A stretch of DNA of 63,728 nt, the filler included, from Stramenopiles sp. TOSAG23-2 (Eukaryota): NCBI GenBank assembly GCA_900128395.1. It is 33 parts of 33 records of this genome, joined end to end, with 100 filler letters (N's around TTAATTAATTAA, not from the genome) between each part and the next. Parts side by side here need not be neighbours in the genome. Positions count along the whole stretch, not along the records: positions 23,362 to 25,195 come from LT652292.1; positions 25,296 to 27,129 come from LT652293.1; positions 27,230 to 29,062 come from LT652294.1; positions 29,163 to 30,994 come from LT652295.1; positions 31,095 to 32,926 come from LT652296.1; positions 33,027 to 34,856 come from LT652297.1; positions 34,957 to 36,786 come from LT652298.1; 26 more parts are not named here. One strand, written 5' to 3'. The notes under the pieces were generated by a model, which searched no databases, was not told where the DNA came from, and saw only the letters and a program-made list of their open reading frames with translations. A program made the position numbers and the translations under genes. Shown piece by piece: positions 24,065 to 36,382 of this stretch (positions are counted from its first letter, which is position 1; every line of letters begins with the position of its first letter).

Positions 24065-24393
24065 CCTTATAATACTTTTTTATTTTTATGTTTGATTCTA
24101 TACATATATATACACACATAAAACATAAAGTGATATAAAAGATTTTAAAAAAAAAAACAAACCTTATGAAACAAACATACAGACAAACATCTTAATCTTG
24201 TTTGAAATTAATTTTATAATTTTCAAATATCCGTATATATTCTATCTATATATTGAAATAAAAAATAATTAAGTTAGTTTGATATTCTAATTTACTTTTC
24301 AAGTACAAATTATGGCCTATTTAGTATATAAATAGGATTTCATGTTATTTATATGCTAATCTGTGGCCCAATTCCTCACTCAACTGTTCTTAT

Positions 24394-24603
24394 ACTATAC
24401 TACCATCATGGTAGTATAGTCTATAGTGAGACATTCTACGTCTCTCTACCTCGTAATTTCATCGCTTCACAAGTATAAAAAGAATGGATAATTTGATAGC
24501 ACACACAAAGTAAAAGCACCTTTTATATTTTGGATTTTATAGTCTATACTGTAGGTGCTTTTACTGTATTAATAGCTAGAGTAAGAGAGGATCCTCTTAC
24601 TCT
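24394..24603. repeat. Cluster of three inverted repeats
   Basis: ACTATACTACCAT-c-ATGGTAGTATAGT (24394-24420), AGTAAAAGCACCT/AGGTGCTTTTACT (24509-24565) and AGAGTAAGAG/CTCTTACTCT (24578-24603). Confidence 0.85.
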
Positions 24604-24670
24604 CTACTTTTTATTTTAGCTTTTAGTGCTTTTGTGCTTTCCAGCTTTCCGATAAATTAAAATAGCTAAG

Positions 24671-24710
24671 CTTTCCAGCTTTCCAGCTTTCCAGCTTTCC
24701 AGCTTTCCAG
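24671..24710 (+). repeat. (CTTTCCAG)5 tandem repeat
   Basis: Five perfect 8-bp units, with about 1.5 more at ~24637. Confidence 0.95.
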
Positions 24711-25492
24711 GCTTTTTATGATCCACATTTCTTTTACTTTTTTGGATTGAAAAAAGCACGTGCAAAACGTGCACCAACATTATAATTTTACTATTTCTTT
24801 TTTTGGATTCTTCTAGAGCCTGGGTGGTCATATTAGCATGGCAATACCATCTGAACCAGAGGGTTTACTAGAGAAATATATCAGTACACTAATTAGTACA
24901 ATAATACTACATTTTTAATTATTATTCATAATCATCAATTATAACAATGTAATCTGGTAATATATACTACATAAAATATTGAAAAAAGGGATTAGTAAAG
25001 ATGAATAGATCAAAACCAAATATAGATCTTTTACTTTGTTTATAGCCTGTTCATAGATTTGTATAGAATATAACATTCATTGATATAATAATATATTAGT
25101 ATTGTGTGTGTGTGTGTGTGTGCGCGCGCGCGTGTGTGTATATATATATACATTGATATAGATATATATTATTTGTATTGATATATTTGATTGATNNNNN
25201 NNNNNNNNNNNNNNNNNNNNNNNNNNNNNNNNNNNNNNNTTAATTAATTAANNNNNNNNNNNNNNNNNNNNNNNNNNNNNNNNNNNNNNNNNNNNTTCAG
25301 CAAAAGAACGACGTGGAATGGAACATTTGGAGTGAACATATAACATTTTTTATAAATATAAAAAAATATAAAACGAGTTGTAAAAGAGAGATTTAATTGG
25401 CAAAGAATATCTCGCGCCGTGTGATAAAAAATATACGAGTATTACGAGTAAAAATTATTAACGCGGCGGTAATAAAAAAAAAAAAGAACGAG

Positions 25493-25876
25493 CAAGGGTG
25501 GAGACAATAGATTTTTTGAGCGTCCCAGAGAGCCCTCGCTCAGGGGGTCTGGGGGATCAAGCGACTATGATCCCCAAGAAAAATTTTTAAGATTTTAGAG
25601 TGAGGGTTTAAAGTTTTCCTTATAAAAAATTACACATTTCCTCTAATTTTTTGTATTGTTTACTGTAAAATAAGTACAAACATGTTACCCTATATATACT
25701 TTTAGCCGTACGCAGTACGAAAATTTTGTGCCCCATACACACTTTTTAGAGCTAAAAAATCTATTAAAAAATGGTTTATTTTGGGACTTTCAGATGAGCT
25801 AGTGTATCAAATACCAGGAGGTGCCAGGAATTTGGGCGTCCTAAAGGACGCTCAAACCCCTTCTCCTCCACCCTTG
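25493..25876. mobile_element. 384-bp non-autonomous DNA transposon (MITE), hAT- or P-type
   Basis: TIRs CAAGGGTGGAG / CTCCACCCTTG, subterminal IR TTTGAGCGTCC / GGACGCTCAAA, and a perfect 8-bp TSD AGAACGAG at 25485-25492 and 25877-25884. Confidence 0.92.
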
Positions 25877-27742
25877 AGAACGAGACACATTTTTAAAAAC
25901 AAAAAATTAAAAAAATTATGTGCGTAATTTGTACACGATAAATTTTTTCTTGTTCTCTCTTTCCTCTTTCTCTCTACTCTCTACTCCTCTCTAGGTTTCT
26001 TGTTTCTTGTTTCTGGTTGCCCTGTTCTCTAGTTCTCCTCTGGATTTTAGATTTTAGCTTAAACTTTTTTAACTCTCGCACCTCGCACACCCCTCACACC
26101 AACACAAAATCATGATGATCGTTATCGACATCTTGTGTATGTAGTATATTATTACTAGTATATATGAATATTAATATACAGCGTAATGCACAGTATCCCT
26201 TGTTGTTGATTATTACAACTTTAATGATCTAACACTTCTAACATGTTTGTCCATATCTATTTTATATAATATATATATATGTGTGCATGAGTTTATGAGT
26301 TTTGTCATAGAAGATCGTCGTGTAACGTTCTTCCGTGATGAATATTGTGTACTTATTGTATACTGAAGAAGAATAAATATACCTATATATCAGCAATTGG
26401 GTTCGCTATGATGCTGCTGCTGTGAGCTGTGTGTTGTTCTCAAGAATAATACATTTACATGGGAATATCGTTGCAAATCTCGTCTAGCAGGTAAATACAA
26501 TGCAGACGGTTCCTGAATAATACATTTACATGGGAATATCATTGCAAATCTCGTCTAGCAGGTAAATACAGTGCAGACGGTCTTCCATATCAAAATATTA
26601 GTTCAGTTTTTTGATGAGAGATTATTACAACGTATAACTATTGCCAGATTGCATCACAACATCACAACTAAAAAAAATAGTTAGGATCCATAAAATACTA
26701 TTCTATACATGAATTGCCGATTTAATATAGTTTTTAAAGAACCTGTAACACTGGATTCAATAAACAAAATGGATAATATAAACATAATAAATTTACATCT
26801 AAATTTCCATAATAAATTCTAAAACACTTTCAAAGAAAGATCTCGAAGCGCAACAACGAGAAAAAGAAACGAACAATTGATGGACCTCTAAATGATACTA
26901 AATCGGAAATTAATTATCTTCAAAAATATATAATTTGTAATAGATCTAATATTAATCGATCTAGTATCACACAGCACTCACTACAAATTTGGTAGCATAT
27001 ACACACACTAAACAATGCTATTAGATGCTATATATACGTATCATCGACACAGTATAATCTACAAACACCTCTTCATAAATTATAACGATACACTATTGTA
27101 AAATGGGTATTATTCTTTCCAATTACCATNNNNNNNNNNNNNNNNNNNNNNNNNNNNNNNNNNNNNNNNNNNNTTAATTAATTAANNNNNNNNNNNNNNN
27201 NNNNNNNNNNNNNNNNNNNNNNNNNNNNNATAGTGGTGTACGATATGGATTATTTTTTTTAGGGAGCTATTAAGAAGAAGTACGCGAGTTCTGGTACGCG
27301 TACATCATCATGTTAATTATACGAAGTTTGGAGTTTTAGAAAGGGGGCGTCGTGTGTTCTAGACGACTAAAAGAAGAGCATTATTATATGGGAGGGAATG
27401 CATGTTCGATTTCCACATAAAAAATGCTGTCGATTTTCTGTGTCTTACTTATATAATGCTATGACTATGCTATATAATTTTTTATCGATTAGTACTATGT
27501 ATATTATATATACTAGTAGGTACAAGTTTACTAATCGTCTATTTGTTTTTTTGCACGTAATGGTGTGTCCGTCCTGCCAAAAAATGATGGATGCAAATAA
27601 TATATAAGCTGCGCACATGCCAAGCTGCAAATATTTATTTTGTAATGAAGTATAAAAAATGAAATGAAGATATCAAAGAACAAAAAGAGAGAAAAGAATT
27701 TCAATTGTTTTATACATGTAGTAAAAAGTAACAAACAGAAAG

Positions 27743-29062
27743 ATGCCAACATATAAACAACGTGTAATAACTGCCATGAGAGCATTGGCAAATCCTGAAG
27801 GATCAAATTCGAATGAAATCTGTGATTATTTATTACAAAATGATTTAACGTACGGTAGTGGTAAAAGTACATATATAATAAACGCCTTAGATGCGTTAGT
27901 TGATGATGGTGTTTTAACTCCTTGTGTTTGGCTGTTTCGTTACAGATTTACAGATTTACAGGAATATTCAAACACCACACGACCATCGAATACATCTAGT
28001 GTTACTGTAGAGAAGACTGTAACGGTCGACGAACAGCTTGCAGAACAACTTGCTGAGGCAAAAAAAAATAATGCAGTAGACCATCGAATACATCTAGTGT
28101 TACTGTAGAGAAGACTGTAACGGTCGACGAACAGCTTGCAGAACAACTTGCTGAGGCAAAAAAAAATAATGCAGTAGTTGATTTATACAGTGATGAGGAA
28201 GAACAACCAGAAGCAAATGTGACTAGTGATATAAATTCACACGACTTTTTAATATATACAGAAGTGGAATCAATATTGAAAAGCGGTAGTAATGTCAATA
28301 TTCCCGTTGCTAAATTATATACATATCAAAATGTAAAATCAAAATTGGAAAAGTTTGGCAAGACAACAACAACATCTTCAGACGGTTCAGGTTCATCTGG
28401 CTCTGGTTCTTCTAGTAGTAGTAGTAGTAGTATTTCATCCTCTTCTTCATCAAGAAAGAAAAAATCAAGATCATCATCGTCTACAAAAAGAAAAAAAACT
28501 TCTAAGAAAAGAAAAGCTCCTTCGTCTGGGTCTGGCATATCATCTTTATCAAAAAGATCATCATCTACAAGTAGAACATCAAGAAATAATAATAATAATA
28601 ATCACCAACAAGCTCAATCGTCACAGAATGATGATGATGGGATTACAATAAGAGTCAAAGATCAAGCTACAAGTAGAACATCAAGAAATAATAATAATAA
28701 TAATCACCAACAAGCTCAATCGTCACAGAATGATGATGATGGGATTACAATAAGAGTCAAAGATCAAGGAGGGGATGAAACATTTTTCAAAGTGAGAATG
28801 ACAACTGAGATGAGTAACGTCTTTAGAGCATATGCTCAACGAAGAGGTGTGGATGAAACATCTCTTCGTTTCCTTTCAGACGGCGAGCGTATCAACCGCC
28901 AAGATACTCCACGTTCACTTGAATTGGAGGATCAAGATCAAATATATTGTTTACTTGCAATGCATGGTATGATTGGTCATTTCAAACAACATTCCACAAC
29001 AACTCGTGGTACTCACTTTCTCAATTCATGTCCATTGCCACAAATCGATACATATCCAAAAG
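27743..29062 (+). CDS. Protein with linker-histone H15-like domain, SIM-like motif, Ser/Lys-rich linker and internal SUMO-like domain; 3' truncated
   Basis: MPTYKQRVITAMRALANPEGSNSNEICDYL..ALDALVDDGVL (H15-like) and ITIRVKDQGGDETFFKVRMTTEMSNVFRAYAQRRGV..LRFLSDGERI..TPRSLELEDQDQI (SUMO). Removing a 98-bp tandem duplication joins the two tracked ORFs in frame. Confidence 0.75.
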
Positions 29063-29163
29063 NNNNNNNNNNNNNNNNNNNNNNNNNNNNNNNNNNNNNN
29101 NNNNNNTTAATTAATTAANNNNNNNNNNNNNNNNNNNNNNNNNNNNNNNNNNNNNNNNNNNNT

Positions 29164-30111
29164 AACGGTGAGTCACATAGTATAAATTCTGCGTTTCATA
29201 TGAATATACATAATCCAAATGGAGTTGGGACGAAGAATGGTACTACAGCAGAAGCATGTGATTATTTAGATAACGTGCCCAATCAAACGCAATGTGCAAG
29301 AGAAAATGGCCTGCTGATTTTATATTGGACTGGCGTGACATTATTATTAGTTTCAACATCATTTTTGAGTGCCTCTCAATATCATTGGAGATTAGAAAAA
29401 GTGTGGTTAAATCGTGCAAAAGAGAAAATTATTGAAAGTAGATTTCAAGATGATAGTAGTAGTGGCAGTAGTAATTATGGTAGTAGTAGTAGTAGTGGCA
29501 ATGATAATTATAGTGATAGTGATAATGAAATTGGTGAGAATGGAAGGAAAAATTATTTAAAGTCTAAATTAAAAAAAACAAATAAAACGAGGAAACATGA
29601 AAAAGCGAAAAAAAAAGTCTCATTTTCTGCATCAACCAAACGTCGACATTCAATTAGTGAAAGTAGTTCCGATGATGATAAAATGAAGAAAGACTCTGCC
29701 AGAATGAATGCGGAAGAACGGAAGGAGGAAGTCACAAGATTATTAGAATTGGCAAAAGTCAAATCTTTTAATAAGAAAGCTAAAAAAAATCGACGTGCTA
29801 ATCAACGACCACAATCGGCACGGGTTAATAGTAGTAACAACGGTAACCAATTCAATAACAATCGTAATAAGAATGTAGGTAGAAGTTATACATCTAGAGT
29901 TAGTAGCAGTCGTAATAATAATCGTGCAATGCCAAATAGTGCTAGACAATGGTCAAATAGACATGATGTTGGAGGGCATAGCAATATAGATGATCATCCA
30001 CAAGAGGAAATCGGAGCCAAAGGTAGCAACCAATTTGCAAGTACACGTACGAATGCTCATGAAACGTTGTATACTGATGATAATGGCACACATCATCGAG
30101 TGAATATTTAA
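29164..30111 (+). CDS. 3' part of a hypothetical membrane protein with a low-complexity cytosolic tail
   Basis: Open from contig start, with TM LLILYWTGVTLLLVSTSFL and a S/N/K-rich tail. Confidence 0.65.
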   Translation, partial: NGESHSINSAFHMNIHNPNGVGTKNGTTAEACDYLDNVPNQTQCARENGLLILYWTGVTLLLVSTSFLSASQYHWRLEKVWLNRAKEKIIESRFQDDSSSGSSNYGSSSSSGNDNYSDSDNEIGENGRKNYLKSKLKKTNKTRKHEKAKKKVSFSASTKRRHSISESSSDDDKMKKDSARMNAEERKEEVTRLLELAKVKSFNKKAKKNRRANQRPQSARVNSSNNGNQFNNNRNKNVGRSYTSRVSSSRNNNRAMPNSARQWSNRHDVGGHSNIDDHPQEEIGAKGSNQFASTRTNAHETLYTDDNGTHHRVNI

Positions 30112-30381
30112 TGTATCGTATGCATATCATTCTATGCATAATAATCTGTAGTGGAGTATGCATATATATTAAATATATGCATATTTTGTGAAGTGTGCGC
30201 GTGTGATTCAATATCACAATTAAATGTGTATTAATACACAAGGGTCACAAACTAAGGCAGAAAACGTATACATGTGTGGCTGTGCATTTTAATTATTATA
30301 TACGCTCGTATTTATACTCGTATATCGTATATATTAGACTATATATTTATGATGCGTAAATTATTATATTTATGATGCAGT

Positions 30382-30480
30382 AGGATAGAATATTTATTCT
30401 CGAGATTGAGTATTGAGCATATTATTTTACCAAGATGAGAAGTAAAACTATTACGATTTATAACTTATAGATTTTAACCA
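30382..30480 (+). repeat. Dispersed ~90-100 bp element B (second copy 56146-56234)
   Basis: AGGATAGAATAT..GATTGAGTATTGAGCATATTA..TAGATTTTAACCA is on two contigs. The terminal 13-mer is also at ~36341. Confidence 0.85.
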
Positions 30481-30761
30481 CTATATTATATATATATTTG
30501 TGATGCTTCTTTATATTTTATATATAATATGTGTTTAAATTATGATATTTTGATTTGAAAAATATACTCGTATGATTTCATACGAATGTCATATGCATAC
30601 GAAGAGACAGCTATTTAATTTTTTATATCTTGTTTTATATATAATAATAAAAAAATTATTTTTGATACGACTCGTAAAAATTAAAAAATATGCATATATA
30701 TATATAATATTATTCCGTTTTCGTATTATACGAATTCTTCTCTCGCTATACACAATCAAAC

Positions 30762-30994
30762 TTACGCAGTAAACGAACTAACTCTTTTACTACCAAAAAT
30801 GTTTTTCCAAAGTGTAGGTTTCACCCAGGTATAGTCACTCCTTCCTAAATATTCCTGGACAGTAGATCGCAATTCTCTGAAAGAATCCTTTTCAACTTCT
30901 GTAAGATTTGGGAGCACTTTTGGCCTTTTATGAGTTTCACGTTTAGCATTAAATTGAGTAAGCTTCCTATCAAATGCATTCATATTAAATAGTG
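30762..30994 (-). CDS. 3' end of an unidentified gene
   Basis: Coding-like frame running from near the contig end to the stop at 30762. Confidence 0.5.
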
Positions 30995-31504
30995 NNNNNN
31001 NNNNNNNNNNNNNNNNNNNNNNNNNNNNNNNNNNNNNNTTAATTAATTAANNNNNNNNNNNNNNNNNNNNNNNNNNNNNNNNNNNNNNNNNNNNGATATT
31101 CCGCTTCAATACTTTTATCATCAATGTCTGATACACCATATTTTGCTAAGTCTTTTGCATCCATGGTTTATTTATAGTTTATTTATGGCGTGAAGGTAAT
31201 GTATTGTTGATAATATGTTTTGGGTGGTGTATATTTGTGTATTTGTATATATACATATAGGTTTATTAGATATGTATTTATTAAAATATAATAAATAATA
31301 TTATTATTATATATTATAGCAACAATAAGTAGTTATATACAAACGTTTTAGTTTAAATATAATAACGAAAAACACTCTTCTCATCATATCATACATATAT
31401 ACGGCAAGTCATTTTATTATACCAACGTTGTGGTATATATTTCAAGAATCCGTCCATAACGTTTGTAAACAAACTACATATGGACATAATATATAGTGAT
31501 GATT

Positions 31505-32391
31505 TTACACCATGCTAAAATCAATATTACCTTTGCGTCCAGTCCACCAGTCTTCAAACTCTTTAAATTCAATTTTACCAGATGCATCTTCATCTAATAA
31601 TCGAAAGATTGCAACTAATTCATTTGATGTGAATTCAGAGCCTAATTCCTTTGCAACTGCTGCTAATTCAGGTTTATCAAGTGCGCCATTATGATCCGTA
31701 TCGTACTTATTAAACATTTGTTTGCAATATACCTGTGTAGAGTGTGAACATAATATGTATATGAAATGAAGGATAGGTGATGTATGTTAGTACGAAAAGA
31801 ATTTCTGCGTTTTTATTGTACAATTTATTTGTTTTTACTTACGACATCTTCTTGATGAGATAAAACCATTTTACTATGTAAATCGTTTAATTTCTTTTTT
31901 GCATAATAAGATACGCATAAAGAGAAGATTGCACAGACAATCAGGCATATACCATCGATTGTTCCAATTGTTTGGTATAAACCACTGTCCCCAGTTCTGA
32001 TACTTGCCAATGACATACCACCAAGAATTAGGTACAATATTCCTCTTCCTTTTACCCGTGAGAATAATTTTACCCAATGTTCAATCCATCCATGGCACCT
32101 TCTTGTACATAGGCATGGGCCAAGTTCCAATATACAGCCAATAAAACTGAATATTATTGCATACACATTGACAACCATTCGCCCAATATCAAATGTAAAT
32201 AAGAATGGCAATGCGGCTAATACGTTAACAACGCAACAAACAGCACATGCAAGAAAACATACAGTTTTTAATGCAAACGGCCCTCGTACAAGCATGCCTT
32301 TTAGTTTATTTAATACTGTACGACGTTCCGATTTGTCAGCAAGCGCACGGCCTTCTTCACTTTGTAATAGTCCGGAAGCTAAAGATGACAT
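31505..32391 (-). CDS. COPI-associated/TVP15-like four-TM protein with a C-terminal EF-hand pair; intron 31733-31842
   Basis: TM helices with VNVYAIIFS..ILE and FSRVKGRGILYLILG. GTAAGT...CAG joins EDV to VYCKQMF. EF loops DTDHNGALDKPE and DEDASGKIEFKE. Confidence 0.8.
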
Positions 32392-33026
32392 TGTTGTTTA
32401 TTTTTTTTTTTTGAATGTTTTCTCTTTATTTCATTTATTTGAATGTAAAATATATATGTATACATCTATTTATCTACTTTCTGAATATCTTTTGTATCAA
32501 TCTATTTATATCTTTATCTTTTTTTTCTACTTTTTTGTGGATTACATTTTTGTACACACCACATCATCATCAGCACATCACATTTTTATAGCACATCATT
32601 AACATTATTATTACAGTATAAACATTCCACAAATGTGGGTAGCGAGCTAGTCGTCTACCACAGGTGGTACATATATAGCGAGACAGGTAGATAATTTAGT
32701 GCTATTCCATGTATTATCTATCCACCTACCACGGTAATTTAGGGGATCGTCGTTGCGATCGTTAATTAAAAATAAACAACTATACTAAAAAAAATATAAT
32801 AGAAAAGAAGACAAAATATTACAATATAAAACATGCAGAACAACTACTGTGAAGTGAATTAAGAAGAAAGAGACAATACATACATATATATATATATATA
32901 TAGAATCTAAAAACAATTATTGCAACNNNNNNNNNNNNNNNNNNNNNNNNNNNNNNNNNNNNNNNNNNNNTTAATTAATTAANNNNNNNNNNNNNNNNNN
33001 NNNNNNNNNNNNNNNNNNNNNNNNNN

Positions 33027-33099
33027 TATCAAATGGTCCACATACAGTACGTTTTGCATAGGATTTGAATCCATCAATAATGACTTGTTTAATATGCAT
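33027..33099 (-). CDS. SMC2: Condensin subunit SMC2, first 24 codons (absent from ORF track)
   Basis: Manual translation MHIKQVIIDGFKSYAKRTVCGPFD. GFKSYAxRT..FD fits SMC2 better than SMC3. Confidence 0.8.
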
Positions 33100-33950
33100 C
33101 TTTTTAATATTATTTTCTTTTCCCTTTGTTTGTTTCTTCTTCTTCTTGTTCTTTATATAAATTAAAAGAATATAATATATGTATATTGTTGTTTGATTTG
33201 TTTTCTCTTTGTTTCTATTTTTCTACAGTTATTTCTGTGAATTATTTGATTTTTTTGCTCTAGTTTGCCTCATTTTTAACTGCCAACTGCCTAATACTGT
33301 GTCCGTGCTATTGATAAACAATGCTGTGTCCATATTAGTGAACGGACAGACTTTTTTTAGTTTCTGACTCAACTTTAGTTTGTGAGTTTTAATGTTTTAC
33401 TAATACATTGAATTATCGGTTACGTATAGTACCCTATGAACTGCATCTGAAAAGTATAAACTACAAGTATACTATTATAAAATGAAAAGAGAAGAAATAC
33501 AAAATACAGTCTTTACATATTACTTCTTATATAACACTGTTTACTATTAAAATTATTCAACTAAAAACGCATCATACTACATAACATGCAAAATACACTC
33601 TGTTGTCTCGTATGTATATATGGTAATAATTCATATAAATAGAGTAATAAATATCATATAGAAGTTACACAACATAAAATATTATCGCAAATTTATTATA
33701 CACATATATACAACAAGAACAGGATATATAAAAGTTTCAAATTATTGCCATTTTCTAATATATATATATATATACTTATCATACACTAACATTTTTAATA
33801 ACGTACGTCTTTTGTAATATATCAAGTTACTACTATATATATAAAAGTTTCAAATTATTGCCATTTTCTAATATATATATATATATACTTATCATACACT
33901 AACATTTTTAATAACGTACGTCTTTTGTAATATATCAAGTTACTACTATT

Positions 33951-34388
33951 ATGGGACGTAAACGAATGCAAAGAATACACCAGACTGGTAATAGTAATAG
34001 AAGTAGAGCTAAAAAATATCCCGAAGTTGATTCTGCTGAAATAACACGGTTGCAAGGAGATTTGACAATATCTGACGAAGACTTTGCTGCGACAAATAAT
34101 GGATGGGTAAGATCTGTAAATATATATAAATCACCCAGTTTAGTTAGAACACGTTTAGGTGGTAGTCTTTTCAGACCATTAAGTAGATGTGACTCAAAAG
34201 ACTATATACCTGTATTGGATGAAGCTTTAAAAGAAAAATTAAAATCGACTTTTACACAGCCTGCATGGACGAATGATCAACCACGTATGGGTGTCCCAAT
34301 ATGGTCTAATGATCCAATGCAAGCTAAAGTTTTTTCAACCGATGGTTTAATGGCAAATGTGCCAGAGCCAATGGGACATCATCATTGA
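33951..34388 (+). CDS. Hypothetical protein (145 aa), divergent from SMC2
   Basis: ATG-initiated ORF of coding-like composition. No family recognised. Confidence 0.65.
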   Translation: MGRKRMQRIHQTGNSNRSRAKKYPEVDSAEITRLQGDLTISDEDFAATNNGWVRSVNIYKSPSLVRTRLGGSLFRPLSRCDSKDYIPVLDEALKEKLKSTFTQPAWTNDQPRMGVPIWSNDPMQAKVFSTDGLMANVPEPMGHHH

Positions 34389-34957
34389 TGAAACGTGTGT
34401 GTGTAATAGAATTAAAATATATTTAAAATAATAAGTATTTGTGTCCCCCCTAAAAAAAACAAAAAAGATCATGTATGCATATTTTTTCAACAGAGCCAAT
34501 GGGACATCATCATTGATGAAACGTGTGTGTGTAATAGAATTAAAATATATTTAAAATAATAAGTATTTGTGTCCCCCCTAAAAAAAACAAAAAAGATCAT
34601 GTATGCATATTTTTTCAATAACAAAAAAGATCATGTATGCATATTTTTTCAATATATTACGAACCGTATAAAATATAAAATGCATTTAAAATCACGTCTT
34701 TAAATAAATTTTGATAAAAACTTTCTAAAATTACATAACCATATGTGCCATAAAGCTCGCAATTTATAAAATAGTACTGCTCCTCCTTGTTAATTTTAAT
34801 CCTCTCCCTCTCTTAACCTGTTCTATAATACCCAATTGTATCAAAATAATCACAAANNNNNNNNNNNNNNNNNNNNNNNNNNNNNNNNNNNNNNNNNNNN
34901 TTAATTAATTAANNNNNNNNNNNNNNNNNNNNNNNNNNNNNNNNNNNNNNNNNNNNA

Positions 34958-36091
34958 AAACAAAATACTGTAGAAAAATGGGCAAAAATATATTTAGAAA
35001 TATATTTAAATAATAATAATAATACAACTAAAACTAAATTATCAGAGGAAGAATTATTAAAAAAAATAGAAGAAACACAACGTTCTGCAGAGGAAATTGT
35101 GAAACGATTTGTACAAAAACACGATTCTGTTTCTGGGGATGTCAAAATTGAAAATTTAAATTTAAATTGGGTACATCATTCTGGTGCTTTGCTTTTTGCA
35201 TTTGGTACAAGTAAAATATTAGTGAACCCGTTAGAACGTTTTAGATTATTAATGCAAGTTCAACCAGATATTAATCCCACTTTAGATAGGAAACATAAAA
35301 TCCGAGGATGGAATCATTTAGCAAAAATGCAAAAAAACATTGGTACAGTAGGATTGATGCGTGGAACGACTGCAAATATATTACGTAGTGTCCCATTATG
35401 TTTCATTCCATTTGCTAGTTACGATGCATATAAACAGTTATTATATGTACCTGGCGTTACGAGAAATGATGTGAATTTTGGTACTAGATTATTATTTGGT
35501 GGCATTAGCTCTCTTTTCTTTTTAGGATTAACATATCCAATAGATTATGTTAGAACAAGGATTGCATGTGATTCCTATCGACAAGAAACAAATTTTATAT
35601 ATGCAAATTCTGCGGCATGTGCTCGTCAAACTATAAAAGCAAATGGTTGGAAAGGTTTATTTAGTGGCATTGTTCCTGCCGCATTATGGACAATTCCATA
35701 TTATACTATAGCATTTACATCATATGATAGCTTAAAATTTAAATTTAATACAGGTGCGGGAAATGAAAATAATAGTTTATTAACAAATATGTTTTGTGGT
35801 GGTATAGCAGCTGCATATGCAGAAGCAATTGCATTTCCATTAGATACTATTCAACGACGTATAATTATTAATGGGATGACACCTATGTATAAAAGTCAAC
35901 CAGCATTAATTAGCAAAACAATTAATGGTCCATTTGGATTAACTGCTATTGCACATTCTATTTGGGTACAAGAAGGTGTATTAGGTTTTTATAGAGGATT
36001 ATTGCCAAATATGGCGCGTTCATTTTTTCAAATGGGATGTATGTTTATGATGTATGAAAATTGTAAAGAAATACTTATAAGCATTGTGTAA
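34958..36091 (+). CDS. Mitochondrial carrier with N-terminal extension (adenine-nucleotide/CoA carrier-like), 5' truncated
   Basis: PLERFRLLMQ, PIDYVRTRIA and PLDTIQRRII signatures, with RGTTANILR and GFYRGLLPN. Frame is open from contig start. Confidence 0.9.
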   Translation, partial: KQNTVEKWAKIYLEIYLNNNNNTTKTKLSEEELLKKIEETQRSAEEIVKRFVQKHDSVSGDVKIENLNLNWVHHSGALLFAFGTSKILVNPLERFRLLMQVQPDINPTLDRKHKIRGWNHLAKMQKNIGTVGLMRGTTANILRSVPLCFIPFASYDAYKQLLYVPGVTRNDVNFGTRLLFGGISSLFFLGLTYPIDYVRTRIACDSYRQETNFIYANSAACARQTIKANGWKGLFSGIVPAALWTIPYYTIAFTSYDSLKFKFNTGAGNENNSLLTNMFCGGIAAAYAEAIAFPLDTIQRRIIINGMTPMYKSQPALISKTINGPFGLTAIAHSIWVQEGVLGFYRGLLPNMARSFFQMGCMFMMYENCKEILISIV

Positions 36092-36382
36092 AAATATTTT
36101 TTTTATTTAATAAAATTATACTGTATTTTTTGTACGAAATATTTTTACGCGTTCGTAATTGAAGTAAAATATACGAGAGTAGTATTAGTATGATATACTT
36201 GGTAAAATACGAAAGTATAAATCATTTAATATACGAATAATAACATACTTTTGTAGTTATACATATGATATATTGCAGTAAATTTACATAAGATATCTAT
36301 CATACTCAACATAATATATTAATTACGAGCTCGTATATATTAGATTTTAACCACATCATAATAATACGAAATATATATCATA

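Noticed and set aside
25104-25150. (TG)n(CG)n(TA)n alternating purine-pyrimidine tract
   Set aside because: Ordinary compound microsatellite; similar tracts are common in this window.
26445-26585. Possible MORN-like relic (GKYNADGS) in a ~70-bp duplication
   Set aside because: Similarity is too short and there is no sustained ORF.
31095-31164. Gene start MDAKDLAKYGVSDIDDKSIEAEY on the minus strand
   Set aside because: Probably coding but too short to identify.
32634-32762. Possible structured ncRNA upstream of the TVP15-like gene
   Set aside because: Only short imperfect stems, with no tRNA, snRNA or snoRNA hallmarks recognised.
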